Part shown: in pieces, positions 37,471 through 52,885 of the stretch
How positions within the stretch are numbered: the first letter of the stretch is position 1
How the letters are laid out: every line of letters begins with the position of its first letter
Source: the human T2T-CHM13v2.0 reference genome, Homo sapiens
Strand: one strand, 5' to 3'
Assembly: GCF_009914755.1 (NCBI RefSeq)
Contig: NC_060927.1
DNA length: 64,000 nucleotides
The notes under the pieces: generated by a model
What the model saw: the letters and a program-made list of their open reading frames with translations, nothing else
Told to the model about the DNA's origin: nothing
Database searches by the model: none
Position numbers and translations under genes: made by a program

Positions 37471-40400
37471 TGGGGTAACTCTAGCATCCCAGTGCTGGTG
37501 TGTGGAATGCCCCTTATTGGTGATGGTGTTGGTGTCATCACCAGCCATCAGAAGACAGTGCAGTTCAAGGGAAAGAGCATTTTGGCATCTGACTCATGGC
37601 AGCCAGAGGCCTGGATTTTTCTTCAACTCTTCTGTGATTTCCTACAAAGTAATTTTTTTCTCTGGACTTTAGTTTTCTCAGCACACATTGAGCATAGTGA
37701 TATCGCCAAAGAATTACGAAGTTGTAAGCATCAGACGAGATCATAGATGTGAAAACCCTTTGAACTCAGCGAAGCCCCACAGAAAGTATATTAAGTTCTA
37801 AGTGTATAATTGGGTATTCTGCTACTTAATGGATCCTTTGGGAAGGCAAAAAAGCCTGTTGTAAATTCAGGTATTTTATATTCCTATTCAAAGTGGATTA
37901 CCCATGGATGAGCTGCTTTCTTAGACTTTCAGTCTTCAGTACAAAAGAGCTCTCAACCCAGTGCAGCTTGTGTAGCCAGCTGTAGGCCCCATGCTCCTTT
38001 TTGACATCCAGGTAAACCTGGAGTCCCCTGACGTGAGCTTGGTTTGCTTCTTGCTATTTACCTGTCATATTACAGTTTGAGTACTTCCTCACAAATAGCC
38101 TCTAGATATTTCCAAGAAGTCAAATTCCTCTTTATGTGTACACTGCAAGTTCCTAATAGCAAGTGAATGCTCACAGACATTGTTAAAATTCAGTGAGGTC
38201 TCTGAGGGAGACAATGCACAGATACTTCTCCATTCGTGGAGTTGTGCAGTCAAGGATAGAGGACAAGCACATACACGTGCAGTGAGAACTTAAAATATCT
38301 GCCTGAATGTTATTAAGTGTCCCTGTGAATTGTGGAAATAAGAGGGAATCTGAGAATTGAGAGAGGGATAATAATTCAAGGGTAGGAAAAGGCTAGCACA
38401 TAAGCAGCTTGGCTGCTGCCTGTGTTCTAAGCGTGGTCACACCGTTGCTCTGTTAACCAGCCCTCCATGGTTCCCAATTTGCATCAGCAGAAAGCCACAG
38501 CAAACCTTTCCAATCTCATTGTCTCTGCCCTCCACACTCCCTACCCTGCAGTTAGGTGGAATCACTTACCCCTTTCCAGATACGCCAAGCTCTTGCCTTG
38601 TACATCCTCTGATCAGGTGAACTGCTCTCCTTCTCCCCACCCTAGTCCCCGGTCCTCTTCTCTCAGTCCTCCTGATGCCCTAGGCTGTGTGTTTCTTGTT
38701 GCTCCTGCATGCTATGCTCACACCTCTCTCAGACCACATTGGGATGTATTGATTTGTCGATACTTCTGTCTACTTTCAGTATATTTTGAAAGCAAAACAG
38801 TGGTTTTATTCTCTATGTTACCAGCTTGCTTAGTTCCTGTTATAACAATTGATAAATGAACAAATGAGTGGGTGAATGAATAAATGAGGTAGTTTCTGAA
38901 GTATGACTGCCTAAGTTAGATAACAGGTATAGAAAAAATAATGTGAGTAAAGATTCTTTTTATTTTTTTTAACCTTCCATTAGAAAGAACAGTAATGATT
39001 ACTAGAATTTTACCATCAACCTAATAAATGGTTAGTGTTCTTAATAGCTAGAAGGACAGATCACCCTGGAGAGTCTTAGCTGTAACTTGAGCCCTTACCT
39101 GTTAAAGCAGATCTACCCACCAGGCTTCTACCTGTAGGCTCACTGTTATTGAACCTGGGTTGCATACCAATGAAGTAAGCATTACTTCAGCATCAACTCG
39201 GTTCATAGTTTAAAGGGTGGCCCATGGAGTTAGGGGTGGAAATATACGACCTGCACTCATGCCATGAAAAAATCTAACGTTAGGTTCAGAAACCTAACTT
39301 AGACAGTTTTACAAAATACACAAAATAGAGAGTTGGAACAAACCTTTGTTAAGAGACCAGTTTATTTACTAGAAGTTAAATTAGCCCTCCCAAGTGGGCC
39401 TTTTTAGTCCCATTTTAATGACCGTTAATTAACTTGCCAAGAGCACACAGCCAATTTGTGCCCAAGTCAAGATTTGAACTCCTTATCTCGCGTACTGCCA
39501 AAGGAAAGCTTCAGTCATGTCAGAGAAAATCATGAAGAATCTCACCTGACCCTTCCTCTGGGAGCTAGAATCATCAGTTGCAGCACATAGTCCTCTCCCA
39601 CTGTGATTCTGACTTCTTTCCTTTTTCCATTGATTTAGCTGGACTTTCACCCCAATTTCTCTCTCCTTCTTGCCATCTTTTTTTACATTGCACTTTTCAT
39701 CTTTTTTGTTTTTTTTTTTTCCTTTTCTAATACTTATTAAAATTCTTTTGGGTCTTTTAATATCTTAAAAGTAAAAAGTAGCATTTTAATTTCATCTTTC
39801 TTGAACAAAGAGCTGAACATATTGAACAGGTGGTATCTATAACATCCACATGTGAATAGCTTAATCCAGAGGTTTGATTCTAAAATGTTTTGCTTTTCTA
39901 AAATCCTAAATATCTTGGGCTATTAAGTGATCATTTGATTCTGAAACCCCCAAATGTTGCAATTTGTCTACATTATTTTTCTTTTTTGTGCATCAAGAGA
40001 AACTTGAGTATAGTTATAGAGCAGGTACAAGCTAAATCTTGAAATAGCTCCTTTTGTTCTATGTACTCTGAAGAAGATACGATTTTGAAAGGTCATCCCA
40101 ATGAAAACATTGCTGATACATCACATATTTTCAGCACAGTGTTATGCACTACAGACCATTGTAGGTTACAGAGCAGTGAGTGTGCATTTTCTAGGATTGG
40201 TAGGCCTGTTGGAAAATGTCAAGGAAGTACCCAGTCCTATCTTTTTAGAATGAGAAGCTCTGTAGAAATTACCAAGAATTTTGGACAGTTTTCTCATAAC
40301 CATGAAGTAAATTGTATTTTTACTACTAATTATACAAAAGCTGAATGAAAAATCAGCTATGTTTGGCATAGGTTCTATCCAAATGATGAAAATTTCCATG

Positions 40401-41126
40401 AATTTTCTAGTCCTGTCTGGAGTTCTCCCTCCATGTGTATTGATTTTCACCCAACTAGGGTAGATTTTGTTAAAATCTAAAATCCAGCATCAGTGCTTGT
40501 TTTCTTCCTCTAAACACTCTCTGTCCATGTGCATGTGAGTTCAGAGGGTTTTATTGTTTCTTCATTCCTTTTTTTTTTTTTGGAGTCACAGTCCATCTCT
40601 GTTTCTCTTCCAGAGTCATTGCTTTTATTATCACTAAATTACCTGAAGGTTACCAATTACTATAGGAGAACTTTCCCTTCAGGCAAGTCAAGAAAAGGAA
40701 TGTGTCATTTTTAATACCAATGGATCAACAGGAAAATTATTGTCCAAGAACCCCAGTCCTTGATTGAAATTTTCCCACTTCTTAAAGAGTTGCCCCAAAT
40801 CTGTTGGTACTTAAAATTTCATCTCTTCAAAATGGAAGTGGTTAGTTGTTTGAGGCCAGAGGGTATGCTGTTGAGTTGTATGAGGGGAATTCAGATATAA
40901 AATCTTAGGAAGGGAGACAGAATGGGAAGGAGGAAGGGGAAAAAAAGGATAAGGAAGGGGACAGAAGAGAAAAAACTCTAAAGCAAAAACAGTTTTCATT
41001 AAATGATGTAAGTAACAGCAGTTAACTGTTAAACAAGATATTGGAACACACTTGTTATTCATCGTCCTCTCCTGTCTCTAATAACATATGCTGAATAAGT
41101 GACTTTTTCTTCCTTTTATTTTACAG

Positions 41127-41214
41127 AGGTCAGAGGTCAACTCCGCTCACCCATGATGGACAGCCAAAAGAAATGCCGCAGGCTCCTGTACTTATTTCCT
41201 GCGCTGACCAGTGA
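41127..41214 (+). CDS. BBX: BBX last coding exon, CDS part (GQRSTPLTHDGQPKEMPQAPVLISCADQ*)
   Basis: Acceptor ttttacag|A; in-frame TGA at 41212-41214. The eight exons sum to 1920 nt, a multiple of 3. Confidence 0.96.
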
Positions 41215-41731
41215 AGCGCCCTTTCATTGTAAAACATTGTGCTTTACCTACTACCCTAGCCTTGTCTTTACCGAGGGATGCTAGTGAGTCCAAGTGGTGG
41301 AAAATATAGACTGCAAACAAGTGCTTGTTGCCCCACACGGCCCAGATTCACTTGAAGCAGAAGTTAGCATCCTGGGCCAGTTTGTTCTCTCAGAACCCAG
41401 AATCTTTGAGGGTAAGGTTATCTGTCTGATACTGAGCAGAAACAGAATGATCCTGGAGCTTTGCTTTCTATTGAAGGCTTTTGACGGTAATAGGTGGTAA
41501 CTTGGTAAAAGGCTGCCTTTACTGTAGCTCACCCAGCATCTCTTTTACCAACCAGAGAGTGTGAAACTAGTTTCATATATTACCTAGTTATTCTTTCAAA
41601 ACAAAACAAAAAAAAAACAAAAACTGACGCACTGCACTAGTTATTATTAGATATTCTTAGTCTTTTTTGTACATGGAGATTTAAGTTTAAGATGGTTTAT
41701 ATAATAGGTTATACCTACATTTATATTGTAG

Positions 41732-41737
41732 AATAAA
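41732..41737 (+). terminator. Candidate proximal polyadenylation signal
   Basis: AATAAA followed by ATTAAA, with TGTA just upstream. Confidence 0.4.
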
Positions 41738-44700
41738 TATTAAAAAGCCTGTTCCAGAGACTCCCAAGCAGCCTGGGCAGGCAGATGTACCATTGTTAGT
41801 GGTGTATGCTCGGCCTCGTGGTCCATATATTCTGCACTTTTATATTTGCCACCAGAATGGTAGTTTGCTGGCAAAAAAAAAAAAAAGAGAGAGAGAAAAA
41901 ATTACAACTCTTACAATCTGAATTTTTTTCTTAGCCTTGAGTGACCAAGAAGAATTTGCTTGAGGCAAATTGTGGCAAATATTTTCCCAGACAGGGGAAG
42001 AGTCCTGCAGATTACAGATTACTGGTGTTTTCATGCCTTGAGGATTCTTTTATTTTTACATAGGGGTCTAAGTGACCAATGGATTGTTCATACAAACAAA
42101 AAAAAAGACAAAAATATTATTCAGAAGTGACCTTAGTATTACTTCACTATTCTAAACACATTGAAGACACTCACTTCATGTGGACTTGGAGCTACAGACC
42201 TTTTACATCCATCACAGATTGGCTGGACGGGTTGCAATTGCTATGCACAGCCTGATTGGCACTGCAGGTTTTTAGAGCCATTTTGAGTTTGTGTTGTTTA
42301 GGAGGTACTGAGTCAATGATGAGGGAGGTATGCCTGACCAGAGTGGGACTCTCAGTCATAGATCCACCTGCAAGTCTCTGTTTCCTTTTTGTGTTTTGTT
42401 GCTTTTGAACATAAAACCAACCATACATAAGCAGCGCCAAGTGGATTAACTGGCTTAGAACATTCAACATATTGACTTAACCACCTGACATTCACAGTGT
42501 CTTGTTTCCTAGCAACAGATGCAAAGTGATAAATCAAAATTAGTCTGAGGCTACAGATTTTACAGGGTATTTGTTCTATAGCACAAAGTATTTCCCCACT
42601 CTTGCGTCACAGCACAAACTACCAAATTTTAATTATTGGATTCCAGCAATAATTTTTAATGGTTTTCAAACTGGCGGAATTTTGACAGTGCTAGTTCGAG
42701 TTTGAAGCTTTTGAATTAGATCTCTAAATGGTGACAGTTTACATGGTTTTATCTAGCTTTCTTATTTATACTTGACTGAATTGTAATGATTTTTTTTCTA
42801 ATTGTAATTTGACGTAATAGCCATACAAAAAATGACTCTATTCATACTAGGTTTAGCTTCTCATGGTTGTAGATATTACTTCAGTTCCGGTGCTGGAAAA
42901 TATGTACAACATACTAACAGGATTGAAAAAAAAATAGAGGTTTTTCTTCTTGTTTTTTTTTCCAAAGCAGGTAAAGAGGGTAGCAAAGCATCGGAATGAT
43001 GTGCTCAAAAATGCATATTCCTGGTGGGGATGGAGGAAGAAGGCATTAGTAAAAGGTTAATCAAACGTTACAACTTAACCCCATTCATGTAGGAATAAAT
43101 CAAGTGAGCAGTTCCAGACTTTTGCATAATATTTTTACTATGATGCTGTTTTATTAATATTTTCTAAATTTCAAAACAAAAAGTGAATGTTTGAAATTGC
43201 TGGGTCCCGATGTTGGTGGCTGTTGGAGTTTTGGACCACTCGCTAGCAGTGATTTGAAGATTATAATTAGCTAAAATCCAAAACAAAAAACCAACAACAA
43301 AAATTGTATGGTGCGGAACATGCACCTTGACAATGGTACTAACTTGTTATTCTATAGAACACGTTAGAATAGATCTATTTTTGCCAGAGCACCCTCCTTC
43401 AGTCCTCCGATTACATTTCACTAGAGTTCCTTACGAGATTGCTGTATATTCCTGGGACCTTTTTTAAAAAAAAAAAAAGCAAAACAAAAGATTACTTTTT
43501 TTCTATGTGATTAATATCTTACTTGATCTGCTTTTCCTAAACCTCAGTGGCTTTTCCCTTAGGCAGGGTTGGGGGTGGGAGGGCAACTTACTGGAGATGA
43601 CTGTTTTCAGATACTTTAAAACAAACCTTTTTGTAGAAATGCTTAATTTTTAAGCGGTTAGGCACTGAGAGTAGCAGAAATCCTGCAAAGCTTTATAGTT
43701 CCTTAGACTCACCTTGTCGATTCTCTGAGTAAAGTCTTGATTTCAATAATTGTGCTTCTCATGCCCTGAATCTGCTGGAGAGGAGTGTTGTTATTTTCAG
43801 GTAACAACATTCGTTAGCACAAATATTTCAGACCAATATTAGTGCTCTCCACCCCACCTTTTGTTATCATTTTCATTTCATTTCTCTCATTCTTTTTTAT
43901 TTTGGAAAATCATATTGCTATAGTGTGTACTTTAATCTGCCAGCAGATACCATCTACACTAACATTTGTCCCACAGCATCCTCAAGAGAAAAAGTTGTTG
44001 CACCTTATATATATCTCAAGCAAACCAAAATATGATGCTCTTCTGCTTTGTTTTATTCTAAATTGTTGTATCATATCTTTCTGAAACCATTCTGAATTTA
44101 GTTGAAATTATCAATATTTATGCTTTTAACCTTAATTTCTGGATTCAAGCCTGTATATAAATCTTTTGAAAAAAAATTGTCCTAGCCCTTCTCTGCGATG
44201 CTGGAAGTAGAAGATTGCGTCTCAGATGGAGACGCAGTACTGTTCCAGTTTTCTTTAGCCTTTTATTTATTTAGTTATTCTGGGTATTTCCTATGTAATT
44301 TTGAAGTGTGTAGAGTATATTATAGTAACTGAAGCTGCAGCTGTAAGAAGCTGAGTGAAAGAAAAAATACTGTAAGACATCCTTAAAGTTTTTATTTGTT
44401 TGGGTACTGTATATGAGATCAGGAAAAAGAAAAATGTCCCACAGCCACATTGGAAATACAGGTTCTTGTCCCCAAATTAGGTTAGTTCCCAGATTTTAGA
44501 TCAAAACTGTTAATTCATTAAAACCCCTTTTAAAAGGTAAATTCTACTGTTGTAATTCCGATAGTCTTTTTCCCACAAATATCAGAAATATATTTATTTA
44601 ATTCTGTCAGATGAGCTTTCTACCGATGCCATGTCCCAAAGCCATGTTAAAATAATTCCCACGTTATCATTGTGATTCTACTTCCTGCCACTAAAATTGC

Positions 44701-46922
44701 TGGAGAAACAAAATAATGATGGAACACTATGAACAAAAAGGAGCATCTGAACTGGTCTGGTTATTTAGAATCCAATGTGTTCAAATCCTTTTGTTTTCTT
44801 ATTAAGTCAGATGCTACTGTAAGTCAGATAAAATTTTGTTTGCACTCTGCAGTCTTTGGCTCAATGTATGGAAATGTTTGCACCTATGTAAAGTCACAAG
44901 CTAATTACAAATTGCTACAGAACAGGAGTAAGCTGAAAACTGAATGCCATGTTTTGTTTATAAGGTGGGGAGGGGAGGGAAAATACCAAAAAACTCTGTT
45001 CCAAGTTTGGCATTTGACATTAATGTGAAGCAGTGGGACCATGCTGCCTGCTAAACTACTGTATGAATCGTAAATGTTCTGAAGACGAGCAGCTGGAGGC
45101 TGGAGGATGGCATTCCATACAGCAAAGGAGAAGCACCCACCACTTCATCTGGGAAAAGGAAGGAAATTGCAGGAGGCCTGGAGCCATCATTTGTAAAGGG
45201 GATGTTGCGGGGTGTGATGCTGTTGAGGAGATTCACCTTCAATTGCACTGCTCCACAGAGCCCTCATATAAGGCCAATCCTAATGGGCTACCTCGGCTTT
45301 AAAAGTTAATTTCAGTAAGTCCTGTTTCAAAAGTTTGTCTTTTTTTGCTTCTACCTTCAGTGCCACTATTTTCCACTGCAGTGTTTTGACTTCACAAACT
45401 GCCTCCTCCAGAGAGAACAATGTATTGCTGAAAATGGGCAGTAGAAGCAAATGCTGTTGTTACATTTGACCTATAAAGTATTCAGAGTGACTGCTAGGTA
45501 GAAATTAAAACTTAGCTTTCCCAAATAGCTCCTTATTTTGCACCTTATAAAAAGTATACTAATTGTTAATTAGATGTTGCTTTTGTTTATACAAGCATTC
45601 CCAAAGAACTAGATTTGGATTTTGTTTTGAGTTTTTGGATTTTTAAAAATTATCTTATTTAGATTGACTAACAGCATACTTACAATTTTAAAAGAAGCTG
45701 TTGTTCAGTTCATCTTACCAGATGTGTCTGGCGAAGTATTCAGGGTTTGATGGACTGCTTTACTTTCGTTTGGAAGTGATAGCTAAGTTTATTATACTCT
45801 ATATTAAACAACTTTGTTCATTTCACTGAGGACCTTATCTTCCTTATATTTCAGAACAAAGAAGCAACAAGCGTGAATAAAAAGACAAATGTATTTGACT
45901 CCCTCATAATCCCCATCTGTATGTGCTACCCTTCCTTCAAATATATAAATGTGCATCTTTTTTTTTAAAAAAAAAAAAAAAAAGGTTCCTCTTCTGGCCA
46001 AATTTGATCTATGGTGGTATGATTCATACTGTTAAATTGAGAGAGGAAACCTTGTGGTTAAAAATTATATGGCTGCTGTTTTCTTTTTGCAGTCAGTGGT
46101 CAAAACTGATCATGTGCTTAAATCGATTTTTATGCACAGAACTAGTTATTGTGAACATTACTGCTCCCTCCAAAGATTTCCTGATAACTTGGGCCAGAGG
46201 TGGTTACTGAGTAACAAGGATCTAATTCAATGCCTCAAAACTCTTCCACCCACAATGCAAATCTTACCTCACAAGCTCTAACCTAAATCACAGAGACATG
46301 CATGTTTCATGCATTAACACTGATTTCGCTCTGTGGCCCACCAGAGGGGTGGGCTCATGTCCCCTGACTCCTCACATGAGTGCCTCAGCTCTAAGAGCCG
46401 TGGAACGGGGGGTAGGGAAGGTTTGCGATCTGGAGCTCAGCAACTGGCTCAGCAACGTTTTCTCCATTTCATTAGCACTAAACAAGTCTCTTGCTCTCAG
46501 GAATTTGTCAGAAAAAAGAATAAAATCACCTGAGACTCCACATACCAGATTATAAACTCTTCTCGTAGGTTTGAATTGCTTACTCACATGTCATAAATTA
46601 ACCACAGCTTCATTTGACCACCAGGTCTAAAGTCTGTTGACAGTTTCAGCATGACTGAATCGCTCATTTTTTTTTTTTTGCTTTCAGAAATTGGCTTGGT
46701 TCTCTTTAGAGTTGGTGTAAACATGCCATGTAATAAATGATTTCCACTTAATGGTACAACAGAATTATTGCTTTCTTAGATGTATGTGTAGTAAAAGTCA
46801 ATATACACATTTATATAATTTCTTTCTTCAAAATCTTATACCTAATTTGATATTTCTAAAAATTGCACATGTAAGTCATGTGTATAACATGCTAAAGTAC
46901 TTTAACTGTGATCTTAAAACTG

Positions 46923-46941
46923 AATAAAAATATTTAATAAA
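46923..46941 (+). terminator. Distal polyadenylation signals (two AATAAA)
   Basis: AATAAA at 46923-46928 and 46936-46941. Upstream TGTA motifs (~46870, ~46882) and a downstream T-rich tract (~46975-46988). Confidence 0.75.
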
Positions 46942-49900
46942 ACTTTGAAATATTTTAAAGATATTATTCAAATATATTTCTTTATGTTCACACTACTGGC
47001 CGTAGAGTATGTGCCTTTAATGTACCATTTTCACTAAAAACAGTAGGAAAAATACTAATAAAAGTAAGATATTTCAACTATTTTAGAACATCGAATGATG
47101 TGTCCCCCTAAACTGTGTTTGCCTGTGATTTGCCATTGTCTGGACAGCCTTGGTTGCTTTTCCCAAAAGTGTAGAGTGATGATCAGCCCAATAGAAGAAG
47201 AGGATATGCTTCAGTACGCCACTTGGGTGAACGCTTCTGGGGTGCGCTTCTGGGACTAGTGATCAGAACACACCATCTTTCCCTGAACTGGGACAAAACT
47301 GTGGAAGCGATTTCATTAAGAGTGTTACCTAAGTATAAACTCGCACCTCAGATTTGGTGAATACAATGTTCCTAAGTTGTTTTTTTTAATCCTTTGGAAA
47401 CTACACGCATGCATGCACACAGTATTAATTATCAACAAATAGACTTTGTATTCAGACAGTTCTTCTACCCATGTACCATTGGGTTTTTTTTAACCTCCCT
47501 GATTCAGATTTATTGATAGTGATGATACCTCCTCATACCATTGCTGTGGTGAAGAAAAGAGAGTATATATGAAAATATTGTCATAGGGCCTGTAGCATAA
47601 ATGCCCATTAAATGGTAATTATTGATTGTATTGTTTTAATTCCAACTGTAAGGTTAGCATTTTTTTAAGTACATTCAAAAGATATGATGAGTATAACTAT
47701 TCAAGATAAACTTTGATGCTGTAGAGATAAGCTGTTGCAGGAGATTTGATGGTATGGAAAACTCAGAATAGGTAAAAATTTGCACCCATTAACTCATAAC
47801 TTTTATATGTAGCACTATGTAAGATTTTTCTATAAAATTAGCCTGTCTAATGAATTATACGAGATATTCCAGCACACCTCCTTTCCATTGCTGAGAATAA
47901 GATTGTGTGTGTGTGAGGGAGAGAGAGAGAGAACATGGGGTCCATACCAAAGATTAAAATTCTGTTAGGAAAAAAGTGACAGGATATACATAAGTGTAGT
48001 TTTATGGTCCTGTGTGTATTACACAATTGCACCGATCCTTTTGAATAGAACATAAAACCTATTGCAAGGAAAAATTAAGTGATTCTAATCAACAGTCAGC
48101 TAAAACATACTACTGACTCCATTCCATACATATTTTAAAAGGATTTATACTAAAGATGAAATTATGAATCATAATTTATCATAAACCTTTTTACCTTTTT
48201 GAAATTATAGGAATTTTCAAATACAGTATATGCAGAAGTAGAGAGGTATTTTGAACCCCATATACACATAATCTAGCTTCAACAAATAACATTTTCCCAC
48301 TCTGGTTTTATCTGTGTCTGTTTTTTCCCTTTTACGTACCCCAGAAGATATGCATATCCCAGAAACATTTCATCTGAGAAAATTATCAGAGAAGCCTTTA
48401 AAAGTGAATCTTTTGGTACTCACAGATTTTAATTTTTTAAATATTTTCTCCTCATGATTCCAAAAATGTTGTCTAAAGCATAAAGGAACCCATGAACCCA
48501 AAGAACGGAAGTGCTGAAGTGAAAGTCATTTGGAATTAGAAGACACTGTTCAGATTTGCTCTCTCTGTATTTACCTTTTTTGATCCACGGTGTCGAGAGA
48601 GACTTTTAACTTACTTCATCAAAGAGATCCCTTCTTTATGATGACTTTTTTTAGGGGTTGAGGGGGAGGGTTGTTTATGATTCTTTTTTCCCTAGACGAC
48701 CTAATGAAAGGCCCAAAGGCTAAAACTTGATTTGTGTCAACTGTATGTCCTTACACTTTTCCCTCCCACACTATTCCCACTGCATTTTTTTCTCCCCTAG
48801 ACTTGCAAGAGAAAATCTGTTGGAGGGGTAGAGAGAATATTTTAGATGAGCCCTGGAAGGCAAGTTGCCAAAGGTTTTAAAAATCTGAAATGCTAGGTCA
48901 GTTGGCCCAAAATTAAAGCATGAAATGAAATCTCTTTCTGGAAGAGATAAAATGATAGTTTGGCTCACCCCGCTTGGAGATTCCTTACCCTGTGGAATTT
49001 TACAAAAGGTCATTTTGTTGCAGGGTTGTATGTAGGAGAGTCAGAAGAGAAAAATGTGAGATTGAAAGTCTCTTAAGGGTGATAGAGGATGAAAGGGGGA
49101 AAGGGGAAGTTTATATAAAATAGGTTGTGGATATCTTATGTTTAGAAGTCAGAATGGTTTTAAAGCCAGCATGAAAATATGTCCAAGAAATAAGCTCAAG
49201 TACAATGATTTTTTCCTGATCTTTTCTACTGTTGGGCATCATTATCTATGGTGCTTATAAAAGGCCAATTAAACTTCAGATAAAATTTATATCCTCCAGA
49301 AATCAACATATGAGGCCCTGAAAAATATGTACAAGCAATATAAATATAATAGATACAAAAACAGGTAATGATTTACCATATACTTTGAAGTATTCAAATA
49401 TATTTAATAGAAAAGCGAATTTGTAGAATAAAAAAATTTCTCCCAGGTCAAAATATATAATCCTTGAGATAAATACTGGAAAAATTTAGACATTGTTTTA
49501 TAAAATATTTTCAATTTTCCCATACCATGTATCTTGGCTTGGGTATTTGGTAGTGTGCTAAAAATAAATTTAAAAGCAATATTCTGCACATGAATCTTTG
49601 AATACCTTAAACCTTTTAATACATAGGATATGAAGTATTTAACAGGTGAATGCTAGCCTCACCTGCATTAAAAACTGTATTGTTAGAATAAAATTGCATA
49701 CAGTTCTTCATTCCATTACTCTGTTTCAAAGCCCATGGAAAATTATTTCATCTCCCATGCTTTGACTTCAGAAGAGTTTTCTGTTACCCACAGCTCATAT
49801 CATGCACCCATAACAATAATCCATTCAGCAAATCTGCATTGGATGTCTACTGTGTGCAAGTACCAAGAAGACAGTCTAGCAGGGGTTAGAGACAGTCTGT

Positions 49901-51353
49901 TGAAATGCAGTACAGATGAAGCTGGGGATCAAAGCCTGTCAGGGGAAAATGACATATGAGCTCATGGGAAACTCGATAATCTGCATTTTGAAGACATCAA
50001 GAAAAAAAAAGTGTATGTGTTACTGTTCTTTAAAATTTTATTTTTAAAACTTTTTCTCACAGAAAAGATCTTAGCGCAAGGACAAAAGGAACTGCTGAGA
50101 CTAGGCCACAGAGCTCCAAGACTGACAAATATGTGATCAAAGTCTTTGGGGGCGATCCATCATGCTGTGTACCTTTCCTTTCTGAGTGGCTTAGGATAGG
50201 GAGCATCTCAGCCAGGCTGGTTCCAGGACTGATGTCACTGTGGGGCTGGGTTGTGCACCAGCTACAGCCTTGACATAGCCTAAGAATATTTGGAAACGTA
50301 AGGTCAGGAAGTACAGCTCAAACATTTGGCCCAGGAAGGAGGTGGTTCTGTCACCAGATAGTGTGATTCCCCCAACTCTTTTCCTTCTCCCTTTGCCATA
50401 CCCTTCTTTCCTCACCTTAGTTCCAGCTCTCACATACTGCTGAAATCTAATTTTTTTCAATCGTTGAATTTTTCTACAGGGATGGCACCCCATGCCCACC
50501 AGAGCTATTTTAATTTCCCTTTCTTTTTTACTTTTTTCTTCACTGAGAATAGCTGTAAGGTTTTTATGGCTGAGGGAATGACTCAAGAAATCCTTTGCTC
50601 TAGGAGGATTCCTGGAACAAAAAGGAGCTGCTATAAAGGTTTCTCATTTTTGATGAGTGCTGCCCCCACTTCGTTTGGGGTCTAAATTGGGCACGTGAGC
50701 CCTTGCTAATCCTTATCCTTAAAAAAGGACTTTACTACAGAAGGTACCTATTCTTACAGGACTCCCCGGGATTACTTTTCCTTTGGGAGTAGGGAAGGTT
50801 TTGTTTCTACTTTTTAAACATTCACCTTCATGTGACCAAATCAAAATCCCCTTTTCTGGAATTGGTAGTTAAAGGAATTCTTTCTTCTAACTCTGAAAAC
50901 ATCTTTTAAAAAAGCAAAACCATCTCTCTCAGGTATGCAAGCTGCACTGTAATTTATGTATGTATGCAGCAAAGTTTTAGAAATTTAGAGTTTAATTTAA
51001 AGTTCATCAGGCACCTGTCCGCGGCCCCTGAAGATTCAGTCAATAAAATCTGTGTTGCCAAAGGTTTAATTTGAACTTCCTCTCCCCACTTCCCAAAGAT
51101 CTGACTTTAAGTGAGTTGGTGACATATGGAGCAACATTTCCTAAGCACCTAATGTGTACAGAGGACTGGCTGACCAACAGGCAGGATGCTTGTCTTCCGA
51201 CACCTCCACCTGCCCACCTGATATGGCACCTAAAATTCTAACCATAGTGCATAGGGGTTGACCGTAATAAGTATGCTACCTTCCTCCTTGGGACACTGAA
51301 ATTGGAATCAGACCAAGATATTTTCTTTTACATATGGGCATTTATCCATGTAA

Positions 51354-51738
<385 letters not shown>

Positions 51739-52580
51739 CATATGTCTCCTTTTAAAACACAGTTTTCTGGTCCAGGTGTAGGCTTTTCCTTTTCCGAGTT
51801 GCCTTTGTGTGACATTCTAGCCTGCCACCACCACTGCCTGCTCCTCAGCCAAAGATCTATTTTAGATAGAATCCGTCTCAGCTTTTGAGCCTACTGCAGA
51901 GAGCAGCAACACCAGTAATTAGTGGTGGCAAGATGAAGCAAGTCATAAATTAACTGATGAATAATATTTTCCGGGGAATAGCAGGGCTTCACCCACATTC
52001 AAAAGGAGGGCAGAACCAACCAAGCGGCAAAATTCCACAGCAGGCGGGATGCTGAAAGATACTCCAGTCACTCAGCAGAGAACAGTTTTTCCCCGACAGT
52101 TCACCTTGCCCTGCTGAGGAGCACTGTCTGCTGTCATAATTCTCCAAGTTTTGGAACAGAGCCGGAGTTTCCAGGATTACACTGCTGCAGATGAGCAGCA
52201 CTATTCACACTTCCTAGTACCTCATTTTTTTTCCTAGTCAATTTTATTTTGAGGTTAAAACTTTTTCATTCGAATGTTAAACTCAAATTAGCTTTTCTTA
52301 ATTTTACCTTCTAAACGTACAATATACATACACATTTCCGAGTTTGAGCATCAGGCACAAAGGTGGTCCATTGTCATGTAAACAATGACCTTGTGTTGCC
52401 AGCACTCAGAAGCTAAGAAATGGGCACTTGTCCTACCCCTTTGCCTCTGCTTTTTTTTAAATACAGCTTTTTTTTTTTTAGCACTTGTGTTGCACTAATT
52501 ACTCCAGATGTTTACATAGAATTATATGTGCTTCCGAGTCACTCAACAGCCTGATCTACCTTTTCCATTTATGGGTTTTA

Positions 52581-52885
<305 letters not shown>

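Larger units (their letters stand above)
41215..46950 (+). other. BBX: BBX long 3'UTR (end approximate)
   Basis: AU-rich sequence after the stop codon with no recognisable Alu or L1. Ends at the double AATAAA at 46923 and 46936. Confidence 0.8.

Noticed and set aside
46336-46354. CTCF-like motif ccaccagaggggtg
   Set aside because: Lacks the conserved GGC core position; cannot be supported without ChIP data.
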